DNA of 64,000 nucleotides from Verrucomicrobiales bacterium (GCA_046075565.1 JBJTQJ010000119.1:32001-96000); one strand, 5' to 3'; shown: positions 19,529-29,487, numbered from the stretch's first letter. Made by a program: numbers and translations. Notes: generated by a model not told the origin, from the letters alone.

Positions 19529-20563
19529 ATGGAATACTCCGAACTCCAACGCCTCTACAATCTCCCCCTTTTCGACCTGCTCACCCGCGCGCGCGCCGTA
19601 CACGAGCAACACTGGCCGAAACGCGAAATCCAGCTTTGCACCCTGCTTTCCATCAAAACCGGCGGCTGCTCGGAAGATTGCTCGTATTGCGCCCAATCCG
19701 CCCGTTACCAGACGGATGTGCAGCGGGAGGCCCTCATGTCGAAGGAAGGCGTGCTCGTGCGCGCCCGGATGGCCAAGGAAAATGGATCGACCCGATTCTG
19801 TATGGGTGCGGCGTGGAAAGGTGTCACCATGGGCACTCCGAAATTCGACCAGGTGCTCGATATCGTGCGTGAAGTCGCGGCCCTCAACATGGAAGTGTGC
19901 GTAACGCTCGGGGAAATCGGTTCCGAAGAAGCCCATGCCCTGCGTGATGCCGGCGTCACCGCCTACAACCACAACATCGATACTTCGCCGGAGTATTATC
20001 CGAACATCGTCACCAGCCACACTTTTCAAGACCGCCTCAACACCATCCGTCATGCCCAGGACGCCGGAATGTCGGTCTGTTGCGGCGGCATCCTCGGCCT
20101 TGGTGAATCAACCGAAGACCGCCTGCGTATGCTCGAGGTGTTGTCGAGTTTCAATCCGCCGCCGGAATCGGTGCCCATCAACGCGCTCATGCCGATGCGT
20201 GGCACGCCATTGGAGGAAAATGCTCCTGTTGATGTCTTCGACCTCGTGCGCATGATTGCGCTCGCCCGTATCGCCGTGCCGAAGTCGAAAGTCCGCCTCT
20301 CGGCCGGCCGCACCAACCTGAGCCGAGAAGGCCAGGCCCTTTGCTTCTTCGCGGGAGCCAACTCGATTTTCTACGGAGACAAATTGCTCACCGCCGCCAA
20401 TCCGCAAAGCCAGCAGGACCTCGCCCTCATCGCCGAACTCGGGCTCAGTCCGCAAGCTCCTGATCCTTCCCTGATGGCCCCGCCCGTCAATCCCGATCTG
20501 CCCGCCGGACCGGAATTGCTCGAGCCTGCCCACGCAGGATGTGGATGCGGATGCGCGCATTGA
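19529..20563 (+). CDS. bioB: Biotin synthase
   Basis: IKTGGCSEDCSYCAQS radical SAM motif, RFCMGAAW, YNHNIDT, VRLSAGR, AGANSIFYGDKLLT. Confidence 0.97.
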   Translation: MEYSELQRLYNLPLFDLLTRARAVHEQHWPKREIQLCTLLSIKTGGCSEDCSYCAQSARYQTDVQREALMSKEGVLVRARMAKENGSTRFCMGAAWKGVTMGTPKFDQVLDIVREVAALNMEVCVTLGEIGSEEAHALRDAGVTAYNHNIDTSPEYYPNIVTSHTFQDRLNTIRHAQDAGMSVCCGGILGLGESTEDRLRMLEVLSSFNPPPESVPINALMPMRGTPLEENAPVDVFDLVRMIALARIAVPKSKVRLSAGRTNLSREGQALCFFAGANSIFYGDKLLTAANPQSQQDLALIAELGLSPQAPDPSLMAPPVNPDLPAGPELLEPAHAGCGCGCAH

Positions 20564-20594
20564 TGATGGGGAAAGGTGATTCTTGCCTCCCTCT

Positions 20595-21062
20595 CCAAAG
20601 CGGTGTCGCCCCCGACAGGTCGGGGTTGCCTCCGCACTCCACACAAGTGCTCTTTCGGTGGCAATTCTGCGCCTCGAGATACCGATTGCCCGCCACGCCG
20701 GGTGCCATCATCCCGAACAAGTCGCTTAACTTGACGGGCATGCCCAACGTGGAACGCGGTTCGCAGCCAGAACACTCGTTCTTTTCTCGACAAAAAGGGA
20801 GTCCGGGCGTCCCGCCTGGAACTTGTCCCGTTCACGGGCAGGATGCCCGTGATCCCTTTTCGGCAAATGACACCGCAACTCCTCCGCCATGGCCCATCGC
20901 TCGAGCGAGCTACGGACACGACCCTGCGGGATCGTGTCCCTCCCTGGATGGAAAGGCGGGGATCCGCGTTCAAACCTCGGCATTTTTCTGGACGATTTTC
21001 CTTTGCTTTGATCCTTAACTTGACGCGCATGCCGGACAGGTCGGGGTTGCACCGCACTCCGA
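20595..21062. repeat. Mosaic of REP-like palindromes and IS-end-like direct repeats
   Basis: gacaggtcggggttgc..ccgcactcc at 20614 and 21035; cttaacttgacg(g/c)gcatgcc at 20725 and 21014; cacgggcaggatgcccgtg at 20833; ggacacgaccctgcgggatcgtgtcc at ~20914. Confidence 0.7.
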
Positions 21063-21201
21063 AACTTGTGCTTGTGCAGCGGCGGTATTGGACTGCGCCG
21101 ACAACGGCGGCGCTTTCCGGGATGGCGTGCCTTCCGCCAAAACGGCAACTCCCATGGCCTCTCGATTGAACGACCAGTCGAATCATGCTATGACTCCCCC
21201 C

Positions 21202-22125
21202 ATGCAGAGACGTCCCTTTCTTTTATCCCTCGCCGCCGCCGTCTTCGGCCCAGTGGCTTGTGGGCCACGTTCCGCTCCAACAACCGCCGTGCAAGGGCAA
21301 GGACTTTCCCTTGCCACGCGATTCCGCGGGCTTGAGCGCTTTCAGGCGCTATCGGCGCGCGCGAGTTCGGAAAACTGGGCCGCTTTGCCGGGCGGCGAAC
21401 GAGTCGTCTCCATCGCACGTGCGCTTCGTGGCACGCCCTATGTGAATTGGACGTTGGAGATCGATGAACGCATCGAAGCGCCTTCGGTCAATCTCCTCGG
21501 CCTTGATTGTTGGACGGCTTACGAAATCCCTCTGGCCTTCGCGAGGATGATCGGGCAAAAGCCTGCGCCATGGCAGCCGGAAGATCTTCTCGCTTGGATC
21601 GAAGCCGAACGCTATCGCGGCGGAAAATGCGACGGCACCTATTTGTCACGGATGCATTACCTTGAGGAAGTCTTCTACGACAACCAACGGCGCGGCCTCG
21701 CCACCAATATCACTCCGAGTTTGCCCGGAGCGCAACGCATGCAACGCGACATCACCGACATGAGCAATGGTTGGCGAAGCTACCGGATGATGCGGGCCAA
21801 CCCGAATCTCGTGCCCCGCATCGCGAAAATGGAGCGCCGGGTTTCCGCTTTGCCCGTCTGGCATGTGCCGAAGGCCCGCGTTGCTGCCATCGAACCGCTT
21901 TTGCGTGCTGGCGACATTCTCGCAATCACGGGATACTGGAAGGGCAGCTACACCAGCCACGTTGGTCTCGCTGTTCCCGCGCCCGGCGGCACCTGCCGGT
22001 TCCTGCACGCGACTTCCGAACATTCCAAAGGACGCCAAGTCATTCTCGACGCAAGGATCTCGCAGTATCTCGCCGAAAATTCATCCCGTGCCGGTGTGAT
22101 CGTATGCCGACCAAGAGTTGGCTGA
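21202..22125 (+). CDS. DUF1460 / N-acetylmuramoyl-L-alanine amidase-like lipoprotein
   Basis: RR-containing signal with lipobox-like PVAC; GTPYV, LDCWT (catalytic Cys), SHVG, FLHA. Confidence 0.8.
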   Translation: MQRRPFLLSLAAAVFGPVACGPRSAPTTAVQGQGLSLATRFRGLERFQALSARASSENWAALPGGERVVSIARALRGTPYVNWTLEIDERIEAPSVNLLGLDCWTAYEIPLAFARMIGQKPAPWQPEDLLAWIEAERYRGGKCDGTYLSRMHYLEEVFYDNQRRGLATNITPSLPGAQRMQRDITDMSNGWRSYRMMRANPNLVPRIAKMERRVSALPVWHVPKARVAAIEPLLRAGDILAITGYWKGSYTSHVGLAVPAPGGTCRFLHATSEHSKGRQVILDARISQYLAENSSRAGVIVCRPRVG

Positions 22126-22145
22126 AACGACATACCGGAATCAAA

Positions 22146-22395
22146 GGAGCACGGGCATCTTGCCCAATACTCATGGTTTAGCACTCGAAATGGCAAAGAC
22201 TGGTCAGATTTCCGGGCAAGACCGGGCCTACTTCGCCAAGGCTTCGAAGGCTTCAACGGTCTTGCTACGACTCCGATGGATGCTCACAGGCCATTTGCCC
22301 TTGGGTTTCCACGTCAAGCGTAGCAAGAGCGTCTCGCTCTTGCCTCCCAAGGACTTGAACAACGATAACCCGGAAGACCAAGATGCCCGTGCTCC
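22146..22395. repeat. REP cluster bounded by a 17-bp inverted repeat
   Basis: ggagcacgggcatcttg (22146) / caagatgcccgtgctcc (22379); internal hairpins at 22216-22268 and gtagcaagagcgtctcgctcttgc (~22320). Confidence 0.7.
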
Positions 22396-22450
22396 ATTGC
22401 AAAAGGCAAGCCTGCTAACAATCGCACGCCAGAGGCTGGGACCTTTTTGA

Positions 22451-23500
22451 TCAAACACCGAACATGCGTTTCACCGACTCGCGTTTGAGGGCGAGTTCGC
22501 GCCATTCGCGCGCGGGATCACTTTCGGCGATGAACCCGCATCCACTGGGTAACAAAACCTCATCACCACGCCAGCAGATGTGACGGATGCCCACGACACC
22601 GTGAAAGGCATCGCCGAGCCGCACCCCGAAGGGCGCGCCGAACCGGCGGGGTGTGCCGAGGCGTCTCCGGCATTCGGCTAACAAATGAAGATTTTCCGGG
22701 CTTCGCGGCAACACGCCCAACGCGGGTGTGGGATGCAAGAGTGCGATGAGTTCACCGATGGAAGGCGCTGCTCCAAAGAGTTTCACGCGCAGATCGGAGC
22801 GGAAATGCACGAGCGAACCCAAGGGAAGCAACTCGCGAGGATGGCGTTCGACTTCCCCGAGATTGGCGAGCGCGGCCATGAGGTATTCGGCGACCAGTTC
22901 ATGCTCGCGGATTTCCTTAGGGTTGATGGTGAAGGGTTCGGCGCGTTCAATCGGCGCAGTGCCGGCGAGCGCCATCGTCTCGAGGATTCCATTTTCAATC
23001 GAGAAGAGGCGTTCCGGCGTCGCGCCGACAAGCCCGCGATCCGAGATCCGGTAGGCGTAACTCCAGTAGATGGACGGCAAACCCGGCAGCGCGCGGGCGA
23101 GCGCGTCGAGGCGTCCGCCGAGCAAACGGCCGACCTCGGTGACGACCGGCACGATTTTCAAAAATTGCCCGGCATCGAGCCCGCGCCGCAATTCCCCGCA
23201 GAGTGATTCCCACTGTCGTTGACCGGGCGGATCCCATCCGATTTCCGGAGCTTCTCCGCTGATCGTTTCGGTGAGGGAAGCGAGGTCGTCGGCGATCCAG
23301 AAATCCGATGGTTGTTTCCACGGCGCGGGGTCGGCCAATTCGAAATCATTGGCGTAGAAGCAGGGCACACCATCGGGAGGCGGCTCCGCGAGGGTGGCGA
23401 ATGGCCCGCGACCGATACAAAATCCGACGCCCGGAACCCGCAGGAAAGCAAAGTCCTCGGACGAGGCAATCGCTTGGGGGTTGGAATCCGGTGGAGGCAC
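22451..23500 (-). CDS. Chorismate-binding enzyme, isochorismate synthase (MenF)-like
   Basis: GATPERL, ALAGT, KEIREH, LHPTPALG, SGCG...EWRELALK. Confidence 0.8.
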   Translation of the reverse strand: MPPPDSNPQAIASSEDFAFLRVPGVGFCIGRGPFATLAEPPPDGVPCFYANDFELADPAPWKQPSDFWIADDLASLTETISGEAPEIGWDPPGQRQWESLCGELRRGLDAGQFLKIVPVVTEVGRLLGGRLDALARALPGLPSIYWSYAYRISDRGLVGATPERLFSIENGILETMALAGTAPIERAEPFTINPKEIREHELVAEYLMAALANLGEVERHPRELLPLGSLVHFRSDLRVKLFGAAPSIGELIALLHPTPALGVLPRSPENLHLLAECRRRLGTPRRFGAPFGVRLGDAFHGVVGIRHICWRGDEVLLPSGCGFIAESDPAREWRELALKRESVKRMFGV

Positions 23501-23531
23501 GATTGCTATACGCCGGCGGCGCGGGTCTAGG

Positions 23532-24773
23532 TCACTTGATGGCGGCCCGTTTCAGCATCGAATACTCGGAACGGTTGAAGTCCACGTATTCGGGCGAGAG
23601 GTCTGAGGTATAGACGGTGTATTCGGCGTCGCCCAGATGCAGATCGATGCGGATGGTGAACGATGGATTCTCGACCACCTTGCGCAGCTCTTCGAGCGGT
23701 GTCGAGGATGCCAGTCCACCGCGCGTGGCGGCGACTCCGCCGAAGTAAATGTCGATCAATTCCTCTCGCACGTGGGCGCGGGCGTAGCCGATGGCATCCA
23801 TGATGCGGCCCCAATTGGCATCGCCGCCATTCCATGAACATTTGCAGAGGGAAGATTTGGCGACGGACTCAGCCACCTTGCGGGCATCGAGCCAGGTGGC
23901 CGCCCCCTGCACTTGCACTTCGACGAACTTCGTCACCCGTTCGCCATCGGAGACAATAGCCTTGGCCAATTTCAACATCACCTCGTTGAGGGCCTCGCGG
24001 AAAAGTTTCTCGTCGCTGGAGCCGGGTTCAATCGATTTGTTACCTGCTTCGCCATTGGCGAGCACGATCACGGTGTCATTCGTGCTCATGTCGCCGTCGA
24101 TGGTGATGCGATTGAAAGACTGTTCGACGGCAACTTGCACGGCCTTCTGCAAGGCGGCTTTGCTGATGGCGGCATCGGTGGTCACAAAACACAACATGGT
24201 TGCCATACTCGGGCAAATCATACCCGCGCCTTTCGCGCAACCCGCGATGGTCACGGATTTTCCCCCGAGAGTGAAACGCACCGCTGTTTCCTTCGGGCGA
24301 GTATCGCTGGTCATGATGGCGCGGGCGACATCCGGTCCGCCATCGGGTGTCATGGCCGCGCAGATTTCCGGGATGCGGTGCTCGATGCGATCCATGGGTA
24401 GGGGCAGGCCGATGATGCCGGTTGAACAAACCGCGACCTGGCGCTGGCGCAAGCCGAGCGCTTTGGCGGTCGCGCGCACCATGGTTTTGGCGTCCGTGAT
24501 TCCGATCGGTCCGGTGCAGGCATTGGCATTGCCGCTGTTGGCAATGATGGCTTGCACGTCGTCGCGGCGCAAATGTTCCTGTGAAACCCGCACGGGCGCG
24601 GCCTTGACCTTGTTGGTGGTGAAGGCACCTGCCGAGACACAGAGAGCAACCGAACGCAGCACCGTCATGTCGAGGCGCGGCTTTGTCGGGTCCTTGATGC
24701 CGCACCCGGCGGCGGCGGCGATGAAGCCACGGGGCGTGGTCACCCCTCCGGGAATCGTTTCGGTATGGGCCAT
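23532..24773 (-). CDS. argJ: Bifunctional ornithine acetyltransferase
   Basis: NSGNANACTG, STGIIG, IMTSDT, KGAGMICPSMATML autoprocessing site, DGDMSTND. Confidence 0.97.
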   Translation of the reverse strand: MAHTETIPGGVTTPRGFIAAAAGCGIKDPTKPRLDMTVLRSVALCVSAGAFTTNKVKAAPVRVSQEHLRRDDVQAIIANSGNANACTGPIGITDAKTMVRATAKALGLRQRQVAVCSTGIIGLPLPMDRIEHRIPEICAAMTPDGGPDVARAIMTSDTRPKETAVRFTLGGKSVTIAGCAKGAGMICPSMATMLCFVTTDAAISKAALQKAVQVAVEQSFNRITIDGDMSTNDTVIVLANGEAGNKSIEPGSSDEKLFREALNEVMLKLAKAIVSDGERVTKFVEVQVQGAATWLDARKVAESVAKSSLCKCSWNGGDANWGRIMDAIGYARAHVREELIDIYFGGVAATRGGLASSTPLEELRKVVENPSFTIRIDLHLGDAEYTVYTSDLSPEYVDFNRSEYSMLKRAAIK

Positions 24774-24825
24774 GGTGCGAGGCAGGTTGGGAGCGATGGC
24801 GGCGGGTTGTGACACCCGATCCAGC

Positions 24826-25878
24826 TCAATGTTGGCCCAGTCCGGTGGTTTCGTCCAGCCCGAGCATGAGGTTGAGGCATTGCACGGCCTGGCTGGACGC
24901 GCCTTTCCAGAGATTGTCTTCCGCGCTGAAGAGCAAAACGCGGTTCGCGCGAGTGTCGAAAGACCACCCGATGTCGATGAACCGCGAACGGGTGACATGC
25001 CGGGTGTCCGGACATTGGTCGCGACCAAGCAAACGCACGGCGGGTTTGCCCGTGTAGGCCGATTCAAGTGCGGCACCGATGGCGGAAGGATCGGTTAGAT
25101 TTCCCGCCGGCTCCGCGATGATGGTGGTGGCGATGCCAGCCGTCACCGGAATCAGATGTGGGACAAAGGTGATCACGACACCGGTTCCGGCGGCGAGGGA
25201 GAGTTCCTGTTCGATCTCGCTGAGGTGGCGGTGTTTCGGCACACCGTAGGCGCGGGCGCTTTCGTTACATTCGGCGAAGAGCAGGGGCAAGGATTCCTTG
25301 CGCCCGGCACCGCTGACGCCGCTCATGCTGGCCACGCTGATGCCGACCGGTGATACGAGGCCCGCTTTGAGCAGCGGGATGAGGGGCAGAAGGATACTGG
25401 TTGGATAACAACCGGGTGCAGCGATCAAATCCGCGCCGCGGATTGCCTCCGGGCGCACTTCCGGCAATCCGTAAACCGCTTTGGCCAGCAATTCCGGAGC
25501 CGGATGCGGGTGATCATAGAATTCCTCATACACTTCCGGTGAGCGCAGGCGGAAATCCGCGCTCAGGTCGATCACTTTTTTGCCCGCCGCGAGCAAGGGA
25601 ATGGCGTGCCCGGCCGCGACTCCATGCGGAAGCGCGAGAAAGGCCGTCTCGATGGAAGGATTGGCGGCCAGTTCCTCCGGAGCTGGCGCGGTGAAGCGTA
25701 ATGTCTCCGCTGAACCGAGCCCTCGGAAGCGCGGAAAAACCTCCGCTACCGATTTCCCGGCGAACTGGCGCGAGGTCACGACCCGCAAGTCCACGGCGGG
25801 ATGCTGGAGGAGAACGCGGAGCAGCTCGATACCGGAGTATCCGCTCGCCCCGACTACGGCGACGGGATGGCGATTCAT
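24826..25878 (-). CDS. argC: N-acetyl-gamma-glutamyl-phosphate reductase
   Basis: GASGYSG, ALPHG, DLSADFRL, PGCYPT, SGVSGAG, HRHLSEI, DNLWKGA. Confidence 0.97.
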   Translation of the reverse strand: MNRHPVAVVGASGYSGIELLRVLLQHPAVDLRVVTSRQFAGKSVAEVFPRFRGLGSAETLRFTAPAPEELAANPSIETAFLALPHGVAAGHAIPLLAAGKKVIDLSADFRLRSPEVYEEFYDHPHPAPELLAKAVYGLPEVRPEAIRGADLIAAPGCYPTSILLPLIPLLKAGLVSPVGISVASMSGVSGAGRKESLPLLFAECNESARAYGVPKHRHLSEIEQELSLAAGTGVVITFVPHLIPVTAGIATTIIAEPAGNLTDPSAIGAALESAYTGKPAVRLLGRDQCPDTRHVTRSRFIDIGWSFDTRANRVLLFSAEDNLWKGASSQAVQCLNLMLGLDETTGLGQH

Positions 25879-25959
25879 TGGACGCACAATCTAACCCGGA
25901 TTCCCGCGCTGCCAAGGGTGGGACTGCGCAGATTCCGTTATTCCTGTGAGTGACGTAGA

Positions 25960-26125
25960 AGTTCAAGGGGATTGCGTCCGCGAGCGGCCGATGAGCCCGA
26001 AGACTGCTCCCCCTGGCACGGCGAGATCGAGTCCGCTCGCGGCATACACGCCGCCGTGCGGACCGGAGTCCGCCTCTTCCTAGCCAAAGCAGCTCTTCCA
26101 GAGGGAGAGCCTTTTGGTCTAGAAT
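25960..26125. ncRNA. Candidate structured non-coding RNA of unknown family
   Basis: 10-bp stem 25978-87/26033-42, crossing 8-bp pairing 26016-23/26052-59, two minus-strand cUNCGg hairpins, long hairpin 26080-26122. Confidence 0.45.
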
Positions 26126-26163
26126 TTGCTTGTTTCGGGCCGTCGATCTTGTAAAGAGAGCGT

Positions 26164-27345
26164 ATGAGAATTCTTGCGAAATGCATCCCCGCCTTAGCGG
26201 GAATGGCCCTTCTGGCCGCGGGTGCGTGGGCCGCGATGGATGCGCCGGCCAAGGTCATTCCGCTCAAGGGCAAAGCGGCGGCGGTGAGCGCGCTCTTGGT
26301 AGTGGATCTGGAGGGCGCGGATATGGCGGGCTTTTCGCAAGCACTGACCGCGAATGCCATCGAGACGGGGAACAGATCACCGATGGGCTATCGTTTCAAT
26401 CAGGAAGTCGGCCCCGACATGGAACGGGCCTTGGATTCGGCGGTGCGCGGTTTGCAACTCCGCCACGGAGCCTGGCCGCGCGGACAATCGGTGGAGTTCA
26501 CTTTCCGCGAAAAGTATTCGCCGAAGGACGGGCCATCGGCGGCGACGGCCTGCGCGTTGATCCTTGATTCCTTGATCACGGGTGATGCGCTCGATGAGAC
26601 ATTCGCCGTCACGGGCGACATGAACAGCGATTTAACGGTCCAGCCGGTGGGTGGTGTGCCGAGTAAAATCCGCGGCGCGGCCAAAGGCGGAAGTAAAATG
26701 GTGGCGGTCCCGAAGGCCAATGTCCGTGATGTGGAAGATATGGTGGTCATGGATGGTTTCGCCGCCATCGGCAACACGCAGATTTTCTCCATCGCCACTT
26801 TCGATGAAGCGAGGGCGTTGGCCGTGAAGGAAAGAAGCGCGGCGGTCAAGGTCAGCATCGATGAATTCGCGAAGCTGCAATCCGGACAAGTGAAGTTGCG
26901 CACGCCGGAGGGAAAGGCGCTCATCGACGGGATTCTGCAGAAAACGCCGAACCATCTCTCGGCCGATCTCATGCGCCGATTGCAAACGGGCAAAGCGCCC
27001 ACGCGATTGTCCTTGGTCGGATCCATCGATGTGGTGCGCCGGACTACCGCTCCTTTCTTCAATGCCCTCAACGAGGACCGCGCCTACACCATTAACGGCC
27101 CGGCTTTTGAAAAGGCCATGACCACGCTGTCGGGACTCGGCAACAAGCTCGACTTGAAGGTCACGCCCTATCACAATGCCATGATCGATTTCCTCACGTT
27201 CGCGCGCCGCTACGTGGACAAGGACATCAGCAACCGCACCGAATACGCCCGGTTTCGCGAGGACCTGGAGAAGCGGATCAACCGCGTGAACGAGGAATGG
27301 AAAAAACTCCTGCGCGATCCGGCCGTGGTCGAAGCGATAAAGTGA
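26164..27345 (+). CDS. Exported S16 (Lon proteolytic domain-only) serine protease
   Basis: Signal peptide; KDGPSA (catalytic Ser), AVTGD, PVGGVPSK (catalytic Lys); no AAA+ Walker motifs. Confidence 0.8.
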   Translation: MRILAKCIPALAGMALLAAGAWAAMDAPAKVIPLKGKAAAVSALLVVDLEGADMAGFSQALTANAIETGNRSPMGYRFNQEVGPDMERALDSAVRGLQLRHGAWPRGQSVEFTFREKYSPKDGPSAATACALILDSLITGDALDETFAVTGDMNSDLTVQPVGGVPSKIRGAAKGGSKMVAVPKANVRDVEDMVVMDGFAAIGNTQIFSIATFDEARALAVKERSAAVKVSIDEFAKLQSGQVKLRTPEGKALIDGILQKTPNHLSADLMRRLQTGKAPTRLSLVGSIDVVRRTTAPFFNALNEDRAYTINGPAFEKAMTTLSGLGNKLDLKVTPYHNAMIDFLTFARRYVDKDISNRTEYARFREDLEKRINRVNEEWKKLLRDPAVVEAIK

Positions 27346-27414
27346 GAGCTCACCGAGTGCCGGTAAATGCACTTTTCCGGTGACAATCCTCACCGCCCCC
27401 GCTAGGATGATGTC

Positions 27415-27888
27415 ATGATCGACATGCTGGTGCGGCTTTATGATTTGCCCGACGCGGGCGATCTCTTTTCCCACATTGCCGACCAGGGCATCATCCTGCG
27501 GCGACCCGGGGCCTACGAAAAACACCTCGTTGCAGGCTGGGCGGGTGATATGTTCAGTCCGAAGTGGAAGAGCGAATGTGAGGTCGCCTTCTCCCGGCAG
27601 CCGGTCTCTTGTTTCATCGCGACGAGAGAGAAGAAGATTCTTGCCTTCGCCTGTTATGAAACGACCTGCCGGGGATTCTTCGGACCCATGGGGGTGGATC
27701 CCAACGCGCGCGGCACCGGGCTCGGCAAGGCCATCCTGTTGATGACCCTGGCCGCCATGCGCGATGAAGGCCACGCCTACGCCATCATCGGTGGCGTCGG
27801 ACCGAAGGAGTTCTATGCACGGACCGTCGGGGCCTTCGAGATCCCCGGCTCCGATCCGGGCATCTACCGCGACATTCTTCCGGGCTGA
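27415..27888 (+). CDS. GNAT family N-acetyltransferase
   Basis: FFGPMGVDPNARGTGLG motif A; leaderless promoter GTGACA-17-TAGGAT. Confidence 0.9.
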   Translation: MIDMLVRLYDLPDAGDLFSHIADQGIILRRPGAYEKHLVAGWAGDMFSPKWKSECEVAFSRQPVSCFIATREKKILAFACYETTCRGFFGPMGVDPNARGTGLGKAILLMTLAAMRDEGHAYAIIGGVGPKEFYARTVGAFEIPGSDPGIYRDILPG

Positions 27889-27955
27889 GGAATCCGATTC
27901 ATCTCCCGCCTTGCGCGGCGGGCCGATTGCGGGCATGATCCCGGGTTTCACCTTC

Positions 27956-29470
27956 ATGGCCGCGCCGACTCCCCTGCTTCCTACTTTTGATGATTTCCGC
28001 CCGCTAGCGGAGTCCGGCCGGCTCGTGCCCGTTTTCACGCAGCTCACGTCCGATTTTGAGACCCCGCTGGCCGCCTATTGCCGCATCCGGGATGGCGCGC
28101 ACAGTTTCCTGCTCGAATCGGCGGAAAGCTCGGAAACCATCGGGCGGTATTCGTTTCTGGGCACGGCCCCGCGTTTGGTGATGACGCAACGCGGAAAAGA
28201 AGTCACGCTGGAAGATGAGCAGGGAAAACGTGTCCACCAGACCGACCGCGACCCGCTCGCCGAACTGGAGGCACTCATGGCTCCCTACCGTCCGGTGGAT
28301 GCCCGGACATTCGGTCTCCCGCTTTTCACCGGCGGTGCGGTCGGATACCTAGGATTCGACTGTGTGCGCTATTTCGAGCCGGTGGTCGGTGAACCGCCAC
28401 CCGATGTGCTCGGTTTGCCCGATGCGGTTTTCCTGATCACCGACACGCTGGTGATTTTTGATCATCTGCTGCGCCGCATCACCGTGCTGGCCAATGTGCT
28501 CGTCGGCGAGGGAGAAACCGCCGAAGCCGCCTACGAACGCGGGCGCGCCAAAATCGATGACTTGCTCGCGCGGTTGCAGGCCCCGATCGCCACTCCGGTC
28601 TTCAATACCCTGCGGCCCCCGACCACGGCCACCGAGGCCACCAGCAACACAACCCGCGAGGAATTCCACGCCATGGTCCACCGAGCCAAGGAATACATCC
28701 TTGCCGGTGACATTTTCCAAGTCGTGCCGTCGCAGCGGTTCAGCACACCCTTCGATGGCGATCCGGTGGATCTTTATCGCGCCCTGCGGCACGTCAATCC
28801 TTCGCCCTACATGTTCCTGCTTGAGTTTCCCAACCGCCTCGCGCTGGTCGGTAGCTCGCCGGAGGTGCATGTGCGTTGTCTGGAAGGGAAAATCGAAATC
28901 CGCCCCATCGCTGGCACCCGCTGGCGCGGAAAAACACCCGAAGAAGACCAGGCCCTTGCGGACGATTTGCTCGCCGATCCCAAGGAATGCGCCGAACACC
29001 TCATGCTCGTCGATCTCGCACGCAACGACGTCGGCCGCATCGCGGATTTCGAATCGGTGAAGGTGCGCGACTTCATGATCATCGAACGCTACAGCCATGT
29101 CATGCACATCGTCTCGCATGTCACCGGGCAGCTCAAGCAAGGGCATACCGCGTATGATGTCATGCGAGCCACCTTCCCGGCCGGCACGGTCAGCGGTGCC
29201 CCGAAAGTGCGCGCCGTGCAGATTCTCTACGGACTCGAAAAGCACAAACGCTGCGCGTATGCGGGGGCGGTCGGTTATTTCGGTTTCGATGGCAACCACG
29301 ACTCGTGTATCACGCTGCGCACCTGCGTATTGAACCAGGGTATGGCCCATGTCCAGGCCGGAGCGGGCGTCGTCGCCGATTCCGATCCCGAATACGAATA
29401 CAACGAGACCATCAACAAGGCCCGCGGCATGCTGCGCGCCCTCGAAACCGCCCGCGGCATCCGCGCCTGA
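27956..29470 (+). CDS. trpE: Anthranilate synthase component I
   Basis: [52 protein letters not shown]. Confidence 0.95.
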   Translation: MAAPTPLLPTFDDFRPLAESGRLVPVFTQLTSDFETPLAAYCRIRDGAHSFLLESAESSETIGRYSFLGTAPRLVMTQRGKEVTLEDEQGKRVHQTDRDPLAELEALMAPYRPVDARTFGLPLFTGGAVGYLGFDCVRYFEPVVGEPPPDVLGLPDAVFLITDTLVIFDHLLRRITVLANVLVGEGETAEAAYERGRAKIDDLLARLQAPIATPVFNTLRPPTTATEATSNTTREEFHAMVHRAKEYILAGDIFQVVPSQRFSTPFDGDPVDLYRALRHVNPSPYMFLLEFPNRLALVGSSPEVHVRCLEGKIEIRPIAGTRWRGKTPEEDQALADDLLADPKECAEHLMLVDLARNDVGRIADFESVKVRDFMIIERYSHVMHIVSHVTGQLKQGHTAYDVMRATFPAGTVSGAPKVRAVQILYGLEKHKRCAYAGAVGYFGFDGNHDSCITLRTCVLNQGMAHVQAGAGVVADSDPEYEYNETINKARGMLRALETARGIRA

Positions 29471-29487
29471 GCCCATCTAACAAATCC

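Noticed and set aside
20564..22450. Repeat-rich gaps as CRISPR arrays
   Set aside because: No regularly spaced identical repeats with unique spacers, and no cas genes.
25960..26125. Identification of the structured element as 6S RNA, an HDV-like ribozyme or a yybP riboswitch
   Set aside because: There is no closing stem for 6S despite ccttgaac. HDV P3/L3, P1.1 and J4/2 are missing. Only fragmentary yybP-like words (aagggga, ggcgaga) are present. Left unassigned.
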